Assembly: GCA_028821475.1 (NCBI GenBank)
Contig: JAPPGB010000086.1
Span: 54,896 to 118,895 of the forward strand
Direction: 5' to 3'
DNA from: Spirochaetaceae bacterium
GTDB lineage: Bacteria > Spirochaetota > Spirochaetia > SZUA-6 > Bin103
DNA: 64,000 nt
Shown: positions 16,944-25,206 of the stretch, piece by piece
How positions within the stretch are numbered: position 1 is the stretch's first letter
Layout of the letters: the number at the start of each line of letters is the position of its first letter
Program-made: the position numbers and the translations under genes
Notes under the pieces: model-generated
Seen by the model: only the letters and a program-made list of their open reading frames with translations
Database searches by the model: none
Told to the model about the DNA's origin: nothing

Positions 16944-17243
16944 CCGGACACCATTGGGCATACCGACATCTATAGTGAAGGTCCGACATCGTTGGTCCTC
17001 CATTCCTATTCCACTCAACAATCCAAATCCAGTCTGAGTGAGATCCAGATCTTGAGCGAGCTTCTCTGTGATGGAACAACCAGTTGCACCTGTATCGACG
17101 ATGGCTTTCACTTGATGCTGGTCACGAGGACCGAAGCCAACTGGAGGCTCGCCACGGTGTTCTGAAATCCCGACATCGACAGTCAACGTGCTTACGCGTC
17201 CTGCGTAACGCACAGAGAACGCCGCTGATGGCGTTTTAGCCAC
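16743..17243 (-). CDS. Retropepsin-like (clan AA) aspartic protease domain protein
   Basis: It has the DTGA catalytic motif (AIVDTGATGCSIT) about 45 aa from a GTG start. The roughly 100-aa domain ends near 16935. The ORF reads on another 190 bp antisense into the DUF2961 gene before a stop, so the true 3' end is doubtful. Confidence 0.5.
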   Translation of the reverse strand: MAKTPSAAFSVRYAGRVSTLTVDVGISEHRGEPPVGFGPRDQHQVKAIVDTGATGCSITEKLAQDLDLTQTGFGLLSGIGMEDQRCRTFTIDVGMPNGVRLPFLDHYVGDPGGVRVVQVVVLDEQGVASLEQGHRNAGRLKAVLVAQRCDTRSVQPGDEPVVTGDS

Positions 17244-17505
17244 TTTCCAGTCTGACTCTTGAATGAAAGGTTAGCGTATACGCTTCTGGCCCTGGCTTAC
17301 ACTCTTGAACTATGAAGGTTCCGCGATCATGCTTCTTCAACGCTTCGGCTACGGCCTCTTGGTGAGATCCATACGCGCCTACTACTTCTTCGCCAACTAT
17401 CACCACGAACTGATCCGGGTACTTTTCGACCAGCTGATCCTGATTGGCAAGGAAGTACTGGAAAGACCTATCAAGCGTCTCGACCTTTCCGCTATGTATT
17501 GACAT
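17236..17505 (-). CDS. Small hypothetical protein (89 aa, DUF5678-like) coupled to the retropepsin gene
   Basis: An ATG preceded by GAAGGAGA. It overlaps the downstream protease start by 8 bp. The region has low GC. Confidence 0.5.
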   Translation of the reverse strand: MSIHSGKVETLDRSFQYFLANQDQLVEKYPDQFVVIVGEEVVGAYGSHQEAVAEALKKHDRGTFIVQECKPGPEAYTLTFHSRVRLESG

Positions 17506-17811
17506 GAACAGCCGTCTCCTTCAACTGTGAGGCAGCGACACGCCAAGCCCTCCATGTGAACCGTGAACGGCGCTCTGGCGTCAGGAAGGACCATAGATCT
17601 GCCACGATGAAGTATACCCTCCTTCGTGAGCTGATTCCAACTCACGATGCAAGCGGTCGAAAACCGTATCTCGGGTCGGCCGACGCGTCAAGCATGATTC
17701 GGGGCCAATGCGGGGCCAATCGTGGGTCTGTGTATGGTGCCGGCTCCTCCTTCGTCTTGCCAGCGCCGCGGGCGCGGCCGTCTCGGTCGCGGATGGGCCG
17801 GCCCCGACCGG

Positions 17812-18186
17812 TCAGGCGGGGGAGACCGGCTCCAGCCACTCGGTGGATTCACCGAGGTTGATGGCGATGTGGGTCATCGGGCCGTCCGCGGTGGCCCCGT
17901 GCCAGTGCTTCTCGCCCGGCGCGAAGCGCACCACGTCACCGGCTTCGGCCACTTCCACGGCGCCGCCCCAGGTCTGAATCGCGCAGCGCCCGGCCACCAC
18001 GTACAGGATCTGCACGTCGCTGTGGGTATGCCAGTTGGTGCCGGCGCCGGGCTCGAACGCCACCCGGTACACCCGTCCCGCGGCCTCCGGCTCCGAACCG
18101 AGAAAGCGCTGCATCGTCGCGGCGCCCGTGAAGTGGTCCGCCTCCGCGTCCTCGGTGGCGCGGCCGGCGGCGGCAAGCAATTCCAT
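17812..18186 (-). CDS. Cupin domain protein
   Basis: A two-His cupin motif (GTNWHTHSDVQILYVVAG ... GEKHWHG). The start is taken at the internal MELLAAAG. Confidence 0.6.
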   Translation of the reverse strand: MELLAAAGRATEDAEADHFTGAATMQRFLGSEPEAAGRVYRVAFEPGAGTNWHTHSDVQILYVVAGRCAIQTWGGAVEVAEAGDVVRFAPGEKHWHGATADGPMTHIAINLGESTEWLEPVSPA

Positions 18187-18308
18187 GCCGCCGATCGTCC
18201 TCGCCCCGGCCCCGCCCGTCAAGCGCCACGGACAAGAAGCCGTCGGTCCATTAGTATGAGGCCGGAAGCAATGCGTTTGTCGGCGACCAGCCATCGGGGC
18301 GGTAATCC

Positions 18309-19592
18309 TTGAGCAAGACCACGCTCCGCCCCAACGTCACCCGGCCAAGACCGGCCGCCTCGGAGGTCGCCACCGAGCGCTCAGGCGGCGCCTCCCATGT
18401 GCGTATCGACACCGCCGATCCACGCCGGTCCGTTTCCCTGGACCGTTCGGTGCTCATGTGCGGATGCGCGAGCGAAGCGATGGAACTGCTCCCCGCGCGG
18501 AGCGTCCAGACCGTGGTCACGTCGCCGCCCTACTGGTCGCTTCGCGACTACGAGATGGATCGGCAGATCGGCCGCGACGATCCGCTCAATCGCTACTTGC
18601 AGAGCATCGTGGAGGTGTTCGAGAAGCTCCACCGCGTACTCACTGACGACGGCACCGTGTGGCTTAACCTCGGCGACGCTTACACGTCCGGCAATCGTCG
18701 CTACCGCGCACCGGACAGGAAGAATCGGGCGCGCGCCATGTCCGTGCGGCCGGTCACTCCCAAGGGACTCAAGCCCAAGGACCTGATCGGACTTCCGTGG
18801 CGCCTCGCCTTCGCGCTGCAGGATGCCGGTTGGTGGCTTCGCTCGGAGGTCATCTGGCACAAGCCGAACGCGCATCCGGAGTCGGTTCGGGATCGACCGA
18901 CAAAAGCGCATGAGACGGTGTTCCTGCTCTCCAAGAGCCAGGACTACTACTACGACATCGGTGCCGTCCGCGGCCCCAACCAGCGCCGGCTGAGAACGGT
19001 TTGGGACATACCGACCGAACCGCAGCGCCGCAACGGCACAGATGACGATCACCCGGCAATGATGCCGATGACCTTGGCTTGCAGATGCGTCGCGATCACC
19101 AGCCGGCCGCACGACGTGGTGCTCGATCCGTACGCAGGCTCCGGAACAACGCTGCTCGCCGCACGCGATCTCGGAAGAAGATGGGTTGGCGTGGAGTTGA
19201 ACCCGACCTTCGTCGACCTGATCGAACGCCGCATCAAGGCGCACACACCAAGCCTGTTCCCCGAGGACCCGGCCGGGCCATATGGAAACACGATCCATGC
19301 CCGGCGGGACCTCGCGGATTCCGCGAGGGAATCCGATCTCGCAGCCGCGGTTCAGAAGCGGTCGGCGCGGAACAGGGTCGGGTCGAGGGATGGCGGCTCG
19401 CCGAGCACTACTTCGGCGGCGGCGCGGCCGGTGGCGGGGCCAAGGGAGACGCCGACCATGCCGTGGCCGGTGGCCAGCACGAGGTTGCGGACTCCCTTGG
19501 CGCGGCCGAGGATGGGCAGCGTGTCGGCTGACAGGGGGCGCATGCCGCGCCAGATCTCCAGCACTTCCAGTTCCTGCATGCCTTCCAGGTAA
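18309..19592 (+). CDS. DNA methyltransferase, beta-class (N4-cytosine or N6-adenine); no cognate restriction gene nearby
   Basis: Motif IV SPPY lies upstream of motif I DPYAGSGTT, which is the beta-class order. The core domain spans about 18450-19290. The ORF continues without a stop for about 300 bp antisense into the convergent oxidoreductase gene, so the C-terminal extension is doubtful. The start is TTG. Confidence 0.7.
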   Translation: MSKTTLRPNVTRPRPAASEVATERSGGASHVRIDTADPRRSVSLDRSVLMCGCASEAMELLPARSVQTVVTSPPYWSLRDYEMDRQIGRDDPLNRYLQSIVEVFEKLHRVLTDDGTVWLNLGDAYTSGNRRYRAPDRKNRARAMSVRPVTPKGLKPKDLIGLPWRLAFALQDAGWWLRSEVIWHKPNAHPESVRDRPTKAHETVFLLSKSQDYYYDIGAVRGPNQRRLRTVWDIPTEPQRRNGTDDDHPAMMPMTLACRCVAITSRPHDVVLDPYAGSGTTLLAARDLGRRWVGVELNPTFVDLIERRIKAHTPSLFPEDPAGPYGNTIHARRDLADSARESDLAAAVQKRSARNRVGSRDGGSPSTTSAAARPVAGPRETPTMPWPVASTRLRTPLARPRMGSVSADRGRMPRQISSTSSSCMPSR

Positions 19593-20644
19593 CGCGGCGG
19601 GGCGCGGCGCACGGCGGCCACGCGGCGCAGGTTGACGCTGCGGTCGTCGCCGGCCAGTTCCAGGGTGCCGCCCATGCGCATGCGGTCGGGGCCGAACGGG
19701 GTGATCACCACGCGTTCGTCGTGCAGGTGCAGGGGGATGTCGGGGCAGGCCGGCGGGCGCCGTACGGTGATGCTGTAGCCCTTGGCCGGCTGCACCGGTA
19801 TGCGCAGCCCGGCGTCGCGCCCGAGGCGCGGGCTCACCGAGCCGGTGGCGAGCACCACGGTGCGCGGCTGCATGGTGCCGAGGCTGGTGTGCACCGCATG
19901 CACGGCGCGGCCGCGGCGCTCCAGGCCAAAGACGGTGGCGTGCTCGTGGACGGCGGCGCCGCGCTCGGCGGCGGCCGCGGCCATGGCGCGCACGAAGCGG
20001 TCGGGGATGATGCGCCCGTCGCCGCGGTAGTGCACGGCGCCGATCACCGACGGCAGCAGGCACGGGACCAAGGCGCGCAACTCGGCCGCCTCCACCACGG
20101 CGACATCGATGCCCTCGTCCTGCTCGGCGCGCACCGCCGCCACCGCCTCTTCCCAGCTTGGTTCCTCGCGGTACAGGAACAGGCCGCCCTTGTGCTCGAA
20201 GTTGACCTCCGGCGGCAACTCGGCAGCCAGCTCCGCGAATAGTTCCAGGCTCGCCATCTGCCAGCGGCGCAGGATCGGCTCGGCGGCCGCGCAGCGCTCG
20301 GCCGTGCAGGCGGCGCGGAAGCGCAGCAGCCAGCGCACCAGGTCGGCGTCCGGGCGCGGCCTGACGTACAGCGGGCTGTCCGCGTTGAACAGCCAGCGCA
20401 ATCCGCGGCCGATCACGCCCGGCTCCGCCACCGGCGTGGAGTGGCTCGGCACCAGCAGCCCGATGTTGCCGTACGAGCTGGCCATCGGACCGCCCAACTG
20501 GTGCTCCTCCAGCAAAGTGACCGCCGCGCCGCCGCGCGCCAGGTAGTACGCGGTGCACACGCCGATGATGCCGCCGCCGATCACCAGTACGTCAGGCTCG
20601 GCCGAACCTGCCGACGTGGGCGCCCTGCCTGCTGTCCGACTCAT
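19352..20644 (-). CDS. FAD-dependent oxidoreductase (DadA/glycine oxidase-like)
   Basis: It has a Rossmann GxGxxG (VLVIGGGIIGVCTAYYLA). The start is taken at MSRTAGR, the ATG at 20644-20642. Confidence 0.8.
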   Translation of the reverse strand: MSRTAGRAPTSAGSAEPDVLVIGGGIIGVCTAYYLARGGAAVTLLEEHQLGGPMASSYGNIGLLVPSHSTPVAEPGVIGRGLRWLFNADSPLYVRPRPDADLVRWLLRFRAACTAERCAAAEPILRRWQMASLELFAELAAELPPEVNFEHKGGLFLYREEPSWEEAVAAVRAEQDEGIDVAVVEAAELRALVPCLLPSVIGAVHYRGDGRIIPDRFVRAMAAAAAERGAAVHEHATVFGLERRGRAVHAVHTSLGTMQPRTVVLATGSVSPRLGRDAGLRIPVQPAKGYSITVRRPPACPDIPLHLHDERVVITPFGPDRMRMGGTLELAGDDRSVNLRRVAAVRRAPPRYLEGMQELEVLEIWRGMRPLSADTLPILGRAKGVRNLVLATGHGMVGVSLGPATGRAAAEVVLGEPPSLDPTLFRADRF

Positions 20645-20804
20645 TTCGCCTCCCGGATGGCGGCGTTGCCGCGCGGCCGCGCCGGCGTGCCCGATACGCC
20701 GGTAACCGCATTCTGGTCTACGTGGCCACGGTTCGGGTGCGTCTGATTTGCCAAGCGCCGCTCCTCCATGTGGCCATCCTACTGCGGCGCCGGCGCTGCG
20801 CGCC

Positions 20805-21647
20805 ATGCATGGCATACCGCCGCCGGTAGCGGGCATACTGCGCGCGGTGGACACACTGGCGGGCAACACCAACATGTACGGCGGCTTCATCGTCGACCCG
20901 GAACAACTGCCGCACGAGCCGGAGCAGTTCGCGGCGCGGCTCGACAACAGCCTGACGGCGTGGCGCGAGTCCGGCTGCCGGCTGGTGTGGCTGGAGCTGC
21001 CACACTACGCCGCCGCCCTGGTGCCGATCGCGGTCTCCGTCGGGTTTGCGTTCCACCACGCCGAGCCGGGCATGCTGATGATGACCCTGCAACTGCAGGC
21101 GGAGGCCTCCATCCCGCACTACGCCACCCACAACGTCGGCGGCGGCGGGGTGGTGATCGACGACCGGCGCCGCCTCCTGGTGGTCAACGAGCGCTACCGG
21201 CGCGACCGCAGCAAGCCGTACTACAAGCTGCCCGGCGGCTCGCTCGATCCGCAGGAGGACCTGGCCGAAGCGGTGGTGCGCGAGGTGGCCGAGGAAACCG
21301 GGGTGCAGTGCGAATTCCAGGGCGTGGTGTCGATCCGCCACCGCCACCAGTTCCGCTTCGGACGCTCCGACTTCTACATCGTGTGCCGGCTGCGCCCGCT
21401 GACCAGCGACCTGCGCGCCGACCCGCGCGAAATCGAAGAGTGCCGCTGGATGCCGGTCGACGAGTACTTCACCTCACCCTACACGGGCCTGTTCAACCGC
21501 ACCATCGTCCGCCAAGCCCTCGCCGACGCCGCCCTGATCCCGGTGCGCATCGAAGATCCCCAGGACTTCGAGTTCTTCGGCCCGGCGGACGGCGTCGCCG
21601 ACAGCGGAGGACGACCCGAACGGTCCGGAGAACCAACTGCTCTTTAG
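20805..21647 (+). CDS. NUDIX hydrolase with an N-terminal extension
   Basis: It has a Nudix box (GGSLDPQEDLAEAVVREVAEETGV). Confidence 0.75.
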   Translation: MHGIPPPVAGILRAVDTLAGNTNMYGGFIVDPEQLPHEPEQFAARLDNSLTAWRESGCRLVWLELPHYAAALVPIAVSVGFAFHHAEPGMLMMTLQLQAEASIPHYATHNVGGGGVVIDDRRRLLVVNERYRRDRSKPYYKLPGGSLDPQEDLAEAVVREVAEETGVQCEFQGVVSIRHRHQFRFGRSDFYIVCRLRPLTSDLRADPREIEECRWMPVDEYFTSPYTGLFNRTIVRQALADAALIPVRIEDPQDFEFFGPADGVADSGGRPERSGEPTAL

Positions 21648-22168
21648 GGACGGAACTCGTGAGCCGGAATCACCAGCGGCACCACCGGGTCGTGCAGATC
21701 GATAGTCACCCCACCGCGTCTCTGCTGTGGGTCAAATTCGTGGGCATGTTGCCCCGACGTATCCTGAACCATCAGCAATCTCACCTCCACCACCGCATCC
21801 GGCGTGGTGCTCTCAAATGCGGCGGCGGTAAACACGTTGACTCGCCCCAGGACGTCCACCGTCTCGATCGCGCCCGCGTCACCGAACAATGAAATGTCGA
21901 CCGAGTATAACCTTCCCGCCCTGTCCACATACCTGTCACTCCCGAAAGATTCGTGGCCAAGTGGCACCCGGGACTCATTTGGGTTGTGAGGATCCAGCTC
22001 CCGACCTTCGTCTCTTACCAGCTTGGCTTTCCGGATATTGTTGGGATCGCTGGCGCGTGCTACCGCGCGTGAGAACGCGAATCCGCGATTGATCGCTGCC
22101 ACCTTCACGTGCTCCACTGGTGCACCACCAAACGGCGTCAGTTCGAAATCGAATTGCCGCTCGACCAT
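21644..22168 (-). CDS. Hypothetical protein (174 aa), downstream of moxR, with somewhat lower GC
   Basis: An ORF with coding-like periodicity. I recognise no family. Confidence 0.4.
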   Translation of the reverse strand: MVERQFDFELTPFGGAPVEHVKVAAINRGFAFSRAVARASDPNNIRKAKLVRDEGRELDPHNPNESRVPLGHESFGSDRYVDRAGRLYSVDISLFGDAGAIETVDVLGRVNVFTAAAFESTTPDAVVEVRLLMVQDTSGQHAHEFDPQQRRGGVTIDLHDPVVPLVIPAHEFRP

Positions 22169-22238
22169 CCCGCCAATAACTCACCCACGTCGCTGATGGG
22201 CTGATGCTTGGTGGAGCGCTTGATAGTGGTGCCTGCCT

Positions 22239-23207
22239 TTAGCGGCGGGAGGCGCGGTAATTGGCCTGGGGGGTGGGGACCGAGCCGAGGGCGTCGTCCA
22301 CTACCGATACGTCGGAGATGCCGCGCACCCAGTATTCGGGCTGCAGCAGCAGGCGGTGCGCCAGGGCGATGCGGGCCACGCCCTTCACGTCTTCGGGAGT
22401 GACGAAATCGCGGTCGTCGAGCACGGCCGCGGCGCGCGCCAGCTTGAACACCGCGAACACGCCGCGCGGCGAGGCGCCCACCTCGGTGCGCGTGTCCTCG
22501 CGGGTGGCGCGCGCCAACTCGACGATGTACTTGCCGATCGCCTCGCCGACGTGCACCTCTTCAAGGGCGCGCTGCATCGCCAGCAGCTCCTGGTGGGATA
22601 CCACCGGCTGCAGGGTCATGGTGTCCTGCTTGCGCCGTTGGCGGCGCAGCAGGATTTCCAACTCCTGGTCGGGGTCGGGGTAGCCGACGCTGGTGCGCAT
22701 GATGAAGCGGTCGAGCTGCGCTTCGGGGAGCGGGTAGGTGCCTTCGAACTCGACCGGATTCTGGGTAGCGATGACGATGAACGGCGGATCGAGCGGAAAG
22801 CGCTCGCCTTCCACGGTTACCTGGCGCTCCTGCATCGCCTCGAGCAGCGCCGACTGCGTCTTCGGGGTGGCGCGGTTGATCTCGTCGCCGAGCAGCAGGT
22901 TGGCGAACAGCGGCCCGCGCCGGAACTCGAACTGCGCCTCGCGCTGGTTGTAGATGTAGCCGCCGGTGATCTCGCCCGGCAGCAGGTCGGGGGTGAACTG
23001 GATGCGGCTGTACGCGATGTCCAGCACCTCGGCGAACGAGTGGGCGATCAGCGTCTTGGCGAGGCCGGGGTTGTCCTGGATCAGAACGTGCCCGTCGGAC
23101 AGGATGCCCATCAGCACCTGCTTGAGAACCTCGTCCTTGCCCACGATCACCTGCGCCACGGCGTCGATCGCCCGTTGCGCCAAGTCGCTCACCTGCCGGA
23201 GATGCAT
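22239..23207 (-). CDS. MoxR-family AAA+ ATPase
   Basis: Walker A (GLAKT), Walker B (LLGDEINRATP) and AAA_3/MoxR signature regions. Confidence 0.85.
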   Translation of the reverse strand: MHLRQVSDLAQRAIDAVAQVIVGKDEVLKQVLMGILSDGHVLIQDNPGLAKTLIAHSFAEVLDIAYSRIQFTPDLLPGEITGGYIYNQREAQFEFRRGPLFANLLLGDEINRATPKTQSALLEAMQERQVTVEGERFPLDPPFIVIATQNPVEFEGTYPLPEAQLDRFIMRTSVGYPDPDQELEILLRRQRRKQDTMTLQPVVSHQELLAMQRALEEVHVGEAIGKYIVELARATREDTRTEVGASPRGVFAVFKLARAAAVLDDRDFVTPEDVKGVARIALAHRLLLQPEYWVRGISDVSVVDDALGSVPTPQANYRASRR

Positions 23208-23359
23208 TGTCTGTAGCACTGTTTGTTGTAGCTCCCGCGCGGCAACCCGGATCCACCGTGCCGGCGCCGGCCGTGCCGGACGCGCCGCTGCCGATCCACT
23301 GACTGCCGCCCGCGTAACCTACCACGAAACCGCGAGCCCGGTGCGCGCTTCTTGTCTGG

Positions 23360-24685
23360 CTACGGCTGCTGGCGTGGGCCGCCGATGAGAAACACCTGGA
23401 CCGTGGTGCTGGTGAACAGCGAGCCGTCGGCTTCGCTGACGTCTCGGAACTCGATGCGAAGCGCGCCGACGGTGTGGATACTCGGGATGGTGATTGACCT
23501 CGCGAACGCGCCGCGTTCGCCGAGATCCCCTTCCACCATGATCCATCCCCGGTCGATCAGTGCGCCGCCGTCACTGTAGACGCGATAGGTCAGGTTGTTC
23601 TCGAACGGCACTGTGCGGATCCATCCGCGCAGCTCGACGTTCGCGCCCACGGCGGCGCCGGTTACCGGAGTCTCGATCACGATCTGTTGCGGTTCGGGTT
23701 GTTGCGACCTTGAGCGCCGATTCGAATCCGCCGCCTTGAGCAGAACCTGCACCGAGGCCCGCGCCAGCGCAGAACCATCGTGCTCACGCAGGTCGACCAC
23801 TACGATGCGCCCCGGACCGCCTGCGCCCGCGACGAAACTGACCGGCGCGGCGAATGTGCCCGGGCTACCCGGGTCGGACGCAACGGGAATCATGCCCATG
23901 CCGATCACGCCGCCGCGAGCATCGTGCACAAAGTATGCCAAGCCATCGCCGGACGGTTGCGTGCTCGTCCGCCCCCGGACTTCGATGCCCGCCGCCACCG
24001 TCTCACCGGGCAGCGGTGACTCGAGTACCAGTAGCTGACTCGGCTCCAGCCGGCCGGCCGGCAGCACCTGCTGGCCGGAGGTCCGGTACGTGAATGCGCG
24101 GACCATCTCGGTAGAGGGGCAGCACAGCCCGTCGTCCGGACCGTGGGCGAGCACCGTCAGGAGGATGCGACCCCTCCAAATGGCGAGGCGTTGCACGCGC
24201 ACGCGGTCACCCAGGAATACGCGCGCCGCCTGGACCGGCGTGCCCTGGTGATCCAGAATCGCCAGCAGGTGGATGAACGTGCCGCTGCCGCCCGGGTCGA
24301 CGAACACGACCACCGCCGCGTCGGCGGCGGAGTCACCGTTGAGGTCGCCGAAGGCCACCAGGTCTCCTGCCAGTCCGGCACGTACCCGCTGCGTCCCGCC
24401 CTCGCCGTACTTGACGGAACCTTGCCCCTCATGGAAGCGAATCGGGACTTCCTCGTCGCCGCGCAGCGGCAGGTGGTAGCGGCCGTCGCGGAGTTGTGCG
24501 AACGTCAGCCGCCTCCCTCCTTCGGGCAGCACGACTTGCGACCCGCGCTCCTGGGTCTGCGTCGGCGTCGCCGTGGCGAACAGGCCAACCGCGCATGTCA
24601 GTGCGACGAATCCCCTGTTCAGAAGTGCGAGCCGGCTCCTGGGAAGGGGGCGGCCGCCGTGCGATGCCGGTGTATCGGCTTTCAT
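23360..24685 (-). CDS. Secreted protein with Gmad2 immunoglobulin-like and GerMN-like domains
   Basis: It has a signal peptide. The C-terminal repeat (ETPVTGAAVGANVELRGWIRTVPFENNLTYRVY...) resembles Gmad2. Confidence 0.5.
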   Translation of the reverse strand: MKADTPASHGGRPLPRSRLALLNRGFVALTCAVGLFATATPTQTQERGSQVVLPEGGRRLTFAQLRDGRYHLPLRGDEEVPIRFHEGQGSVKYGEGGTQRVRAGLAGDLVAFGDLNGDSAADAAVVVFVDPGGSGTFIHLLAILDHQGTPVQAARVFLGDRVRVQRLAIWRGRILLTVLAHGPDDGLCCPSTEMVRAFTYRTSGQQVLPAGRLEPSQLLVLESPLPGETVAAGIEVRGRTSTQPSGDGLAYFVHDARGGVIGMGMIPVASDPGSPGTFAAPVSFVAGAGGPGRIVVVDLREHDGSALARASVQVLLKAADSNRRSRSQQPEPQQIVIETPVTGAAVGANVELRGWIRTVPFENNLTYRVYSDGGALIDRGWIMVEGDLGERGAFARSITIPSIHTVGALRIEFRDVSEADGSLFTSTTVQVFLIGGPRQQP

Positions 24686-24694
24686 CGTTTCATG

Positions 24695-24711
24695 TCACGG
24701 AATGACCGTGA
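24695..24711. promoter_or_regulatory. Perfect palindrome TCACGG-AATGA-CCGTGA, 10 nt upstream of the Gmad2-gene start codon
   Basis: Seen directly in the sequence. It could be an operator or an RBS-occluding hairpin. Confidence 0.3.
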
Positions 24712-25206
24712 AGACTCCACGGGGTTCCTAACCTTCCTCGGCGCAGCCGTCAACGTGCTCGTCGAAGATGCGTCCGTGGAAATGAAATCCGTTCGGCGGT
24801 GTGCCGTGATGCCGCCGGTGCGACCCACGGCTGGTGTTGCGGTGCGCGTGCGATGGGGGTCGAACGCCGAAAGCGGGAGGAAATCGAAATCATTGACCCC
24901 TGGGCAGAAGTCGGCGGGGTGTTGGCGCCGGCCGGCAACCGGGAACTCCGGCGGCGGTGCGTGGTGCTCTGCCGACGGATCGCGAACAGGGAGAAAATCG
25001 CAAAAAAAGGTGCGCGCCCTCTTGACGCGATTTTCCGGGTGCGTGACGGCTCGCTGCGGCGCGCGGCGGCCCCTCCGACTTTCCGAAAGCGACTTCGCCT
25101 GCGCGGACGCGGCAGCGCCCCGCTGAGCGGCCTTCCGGGCGCCGTTTCAGCGTCGTCGAGGACTCGCTAAAATCGGCTATCTTGAATCCCATGGTATACT
25201 TACGAC

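Noticed and set aside
18381-20558. 725-aa minus-strand ORF across the methyltransferase and oxidoreductase genes
   Set aside because: Its upstream part (19352-20558) is a different frame of the FAD oxidoreductase gene and its downstream part is antisense to the methyltransferase. The translation is Arg/Pro/Gly-rich nonsense.
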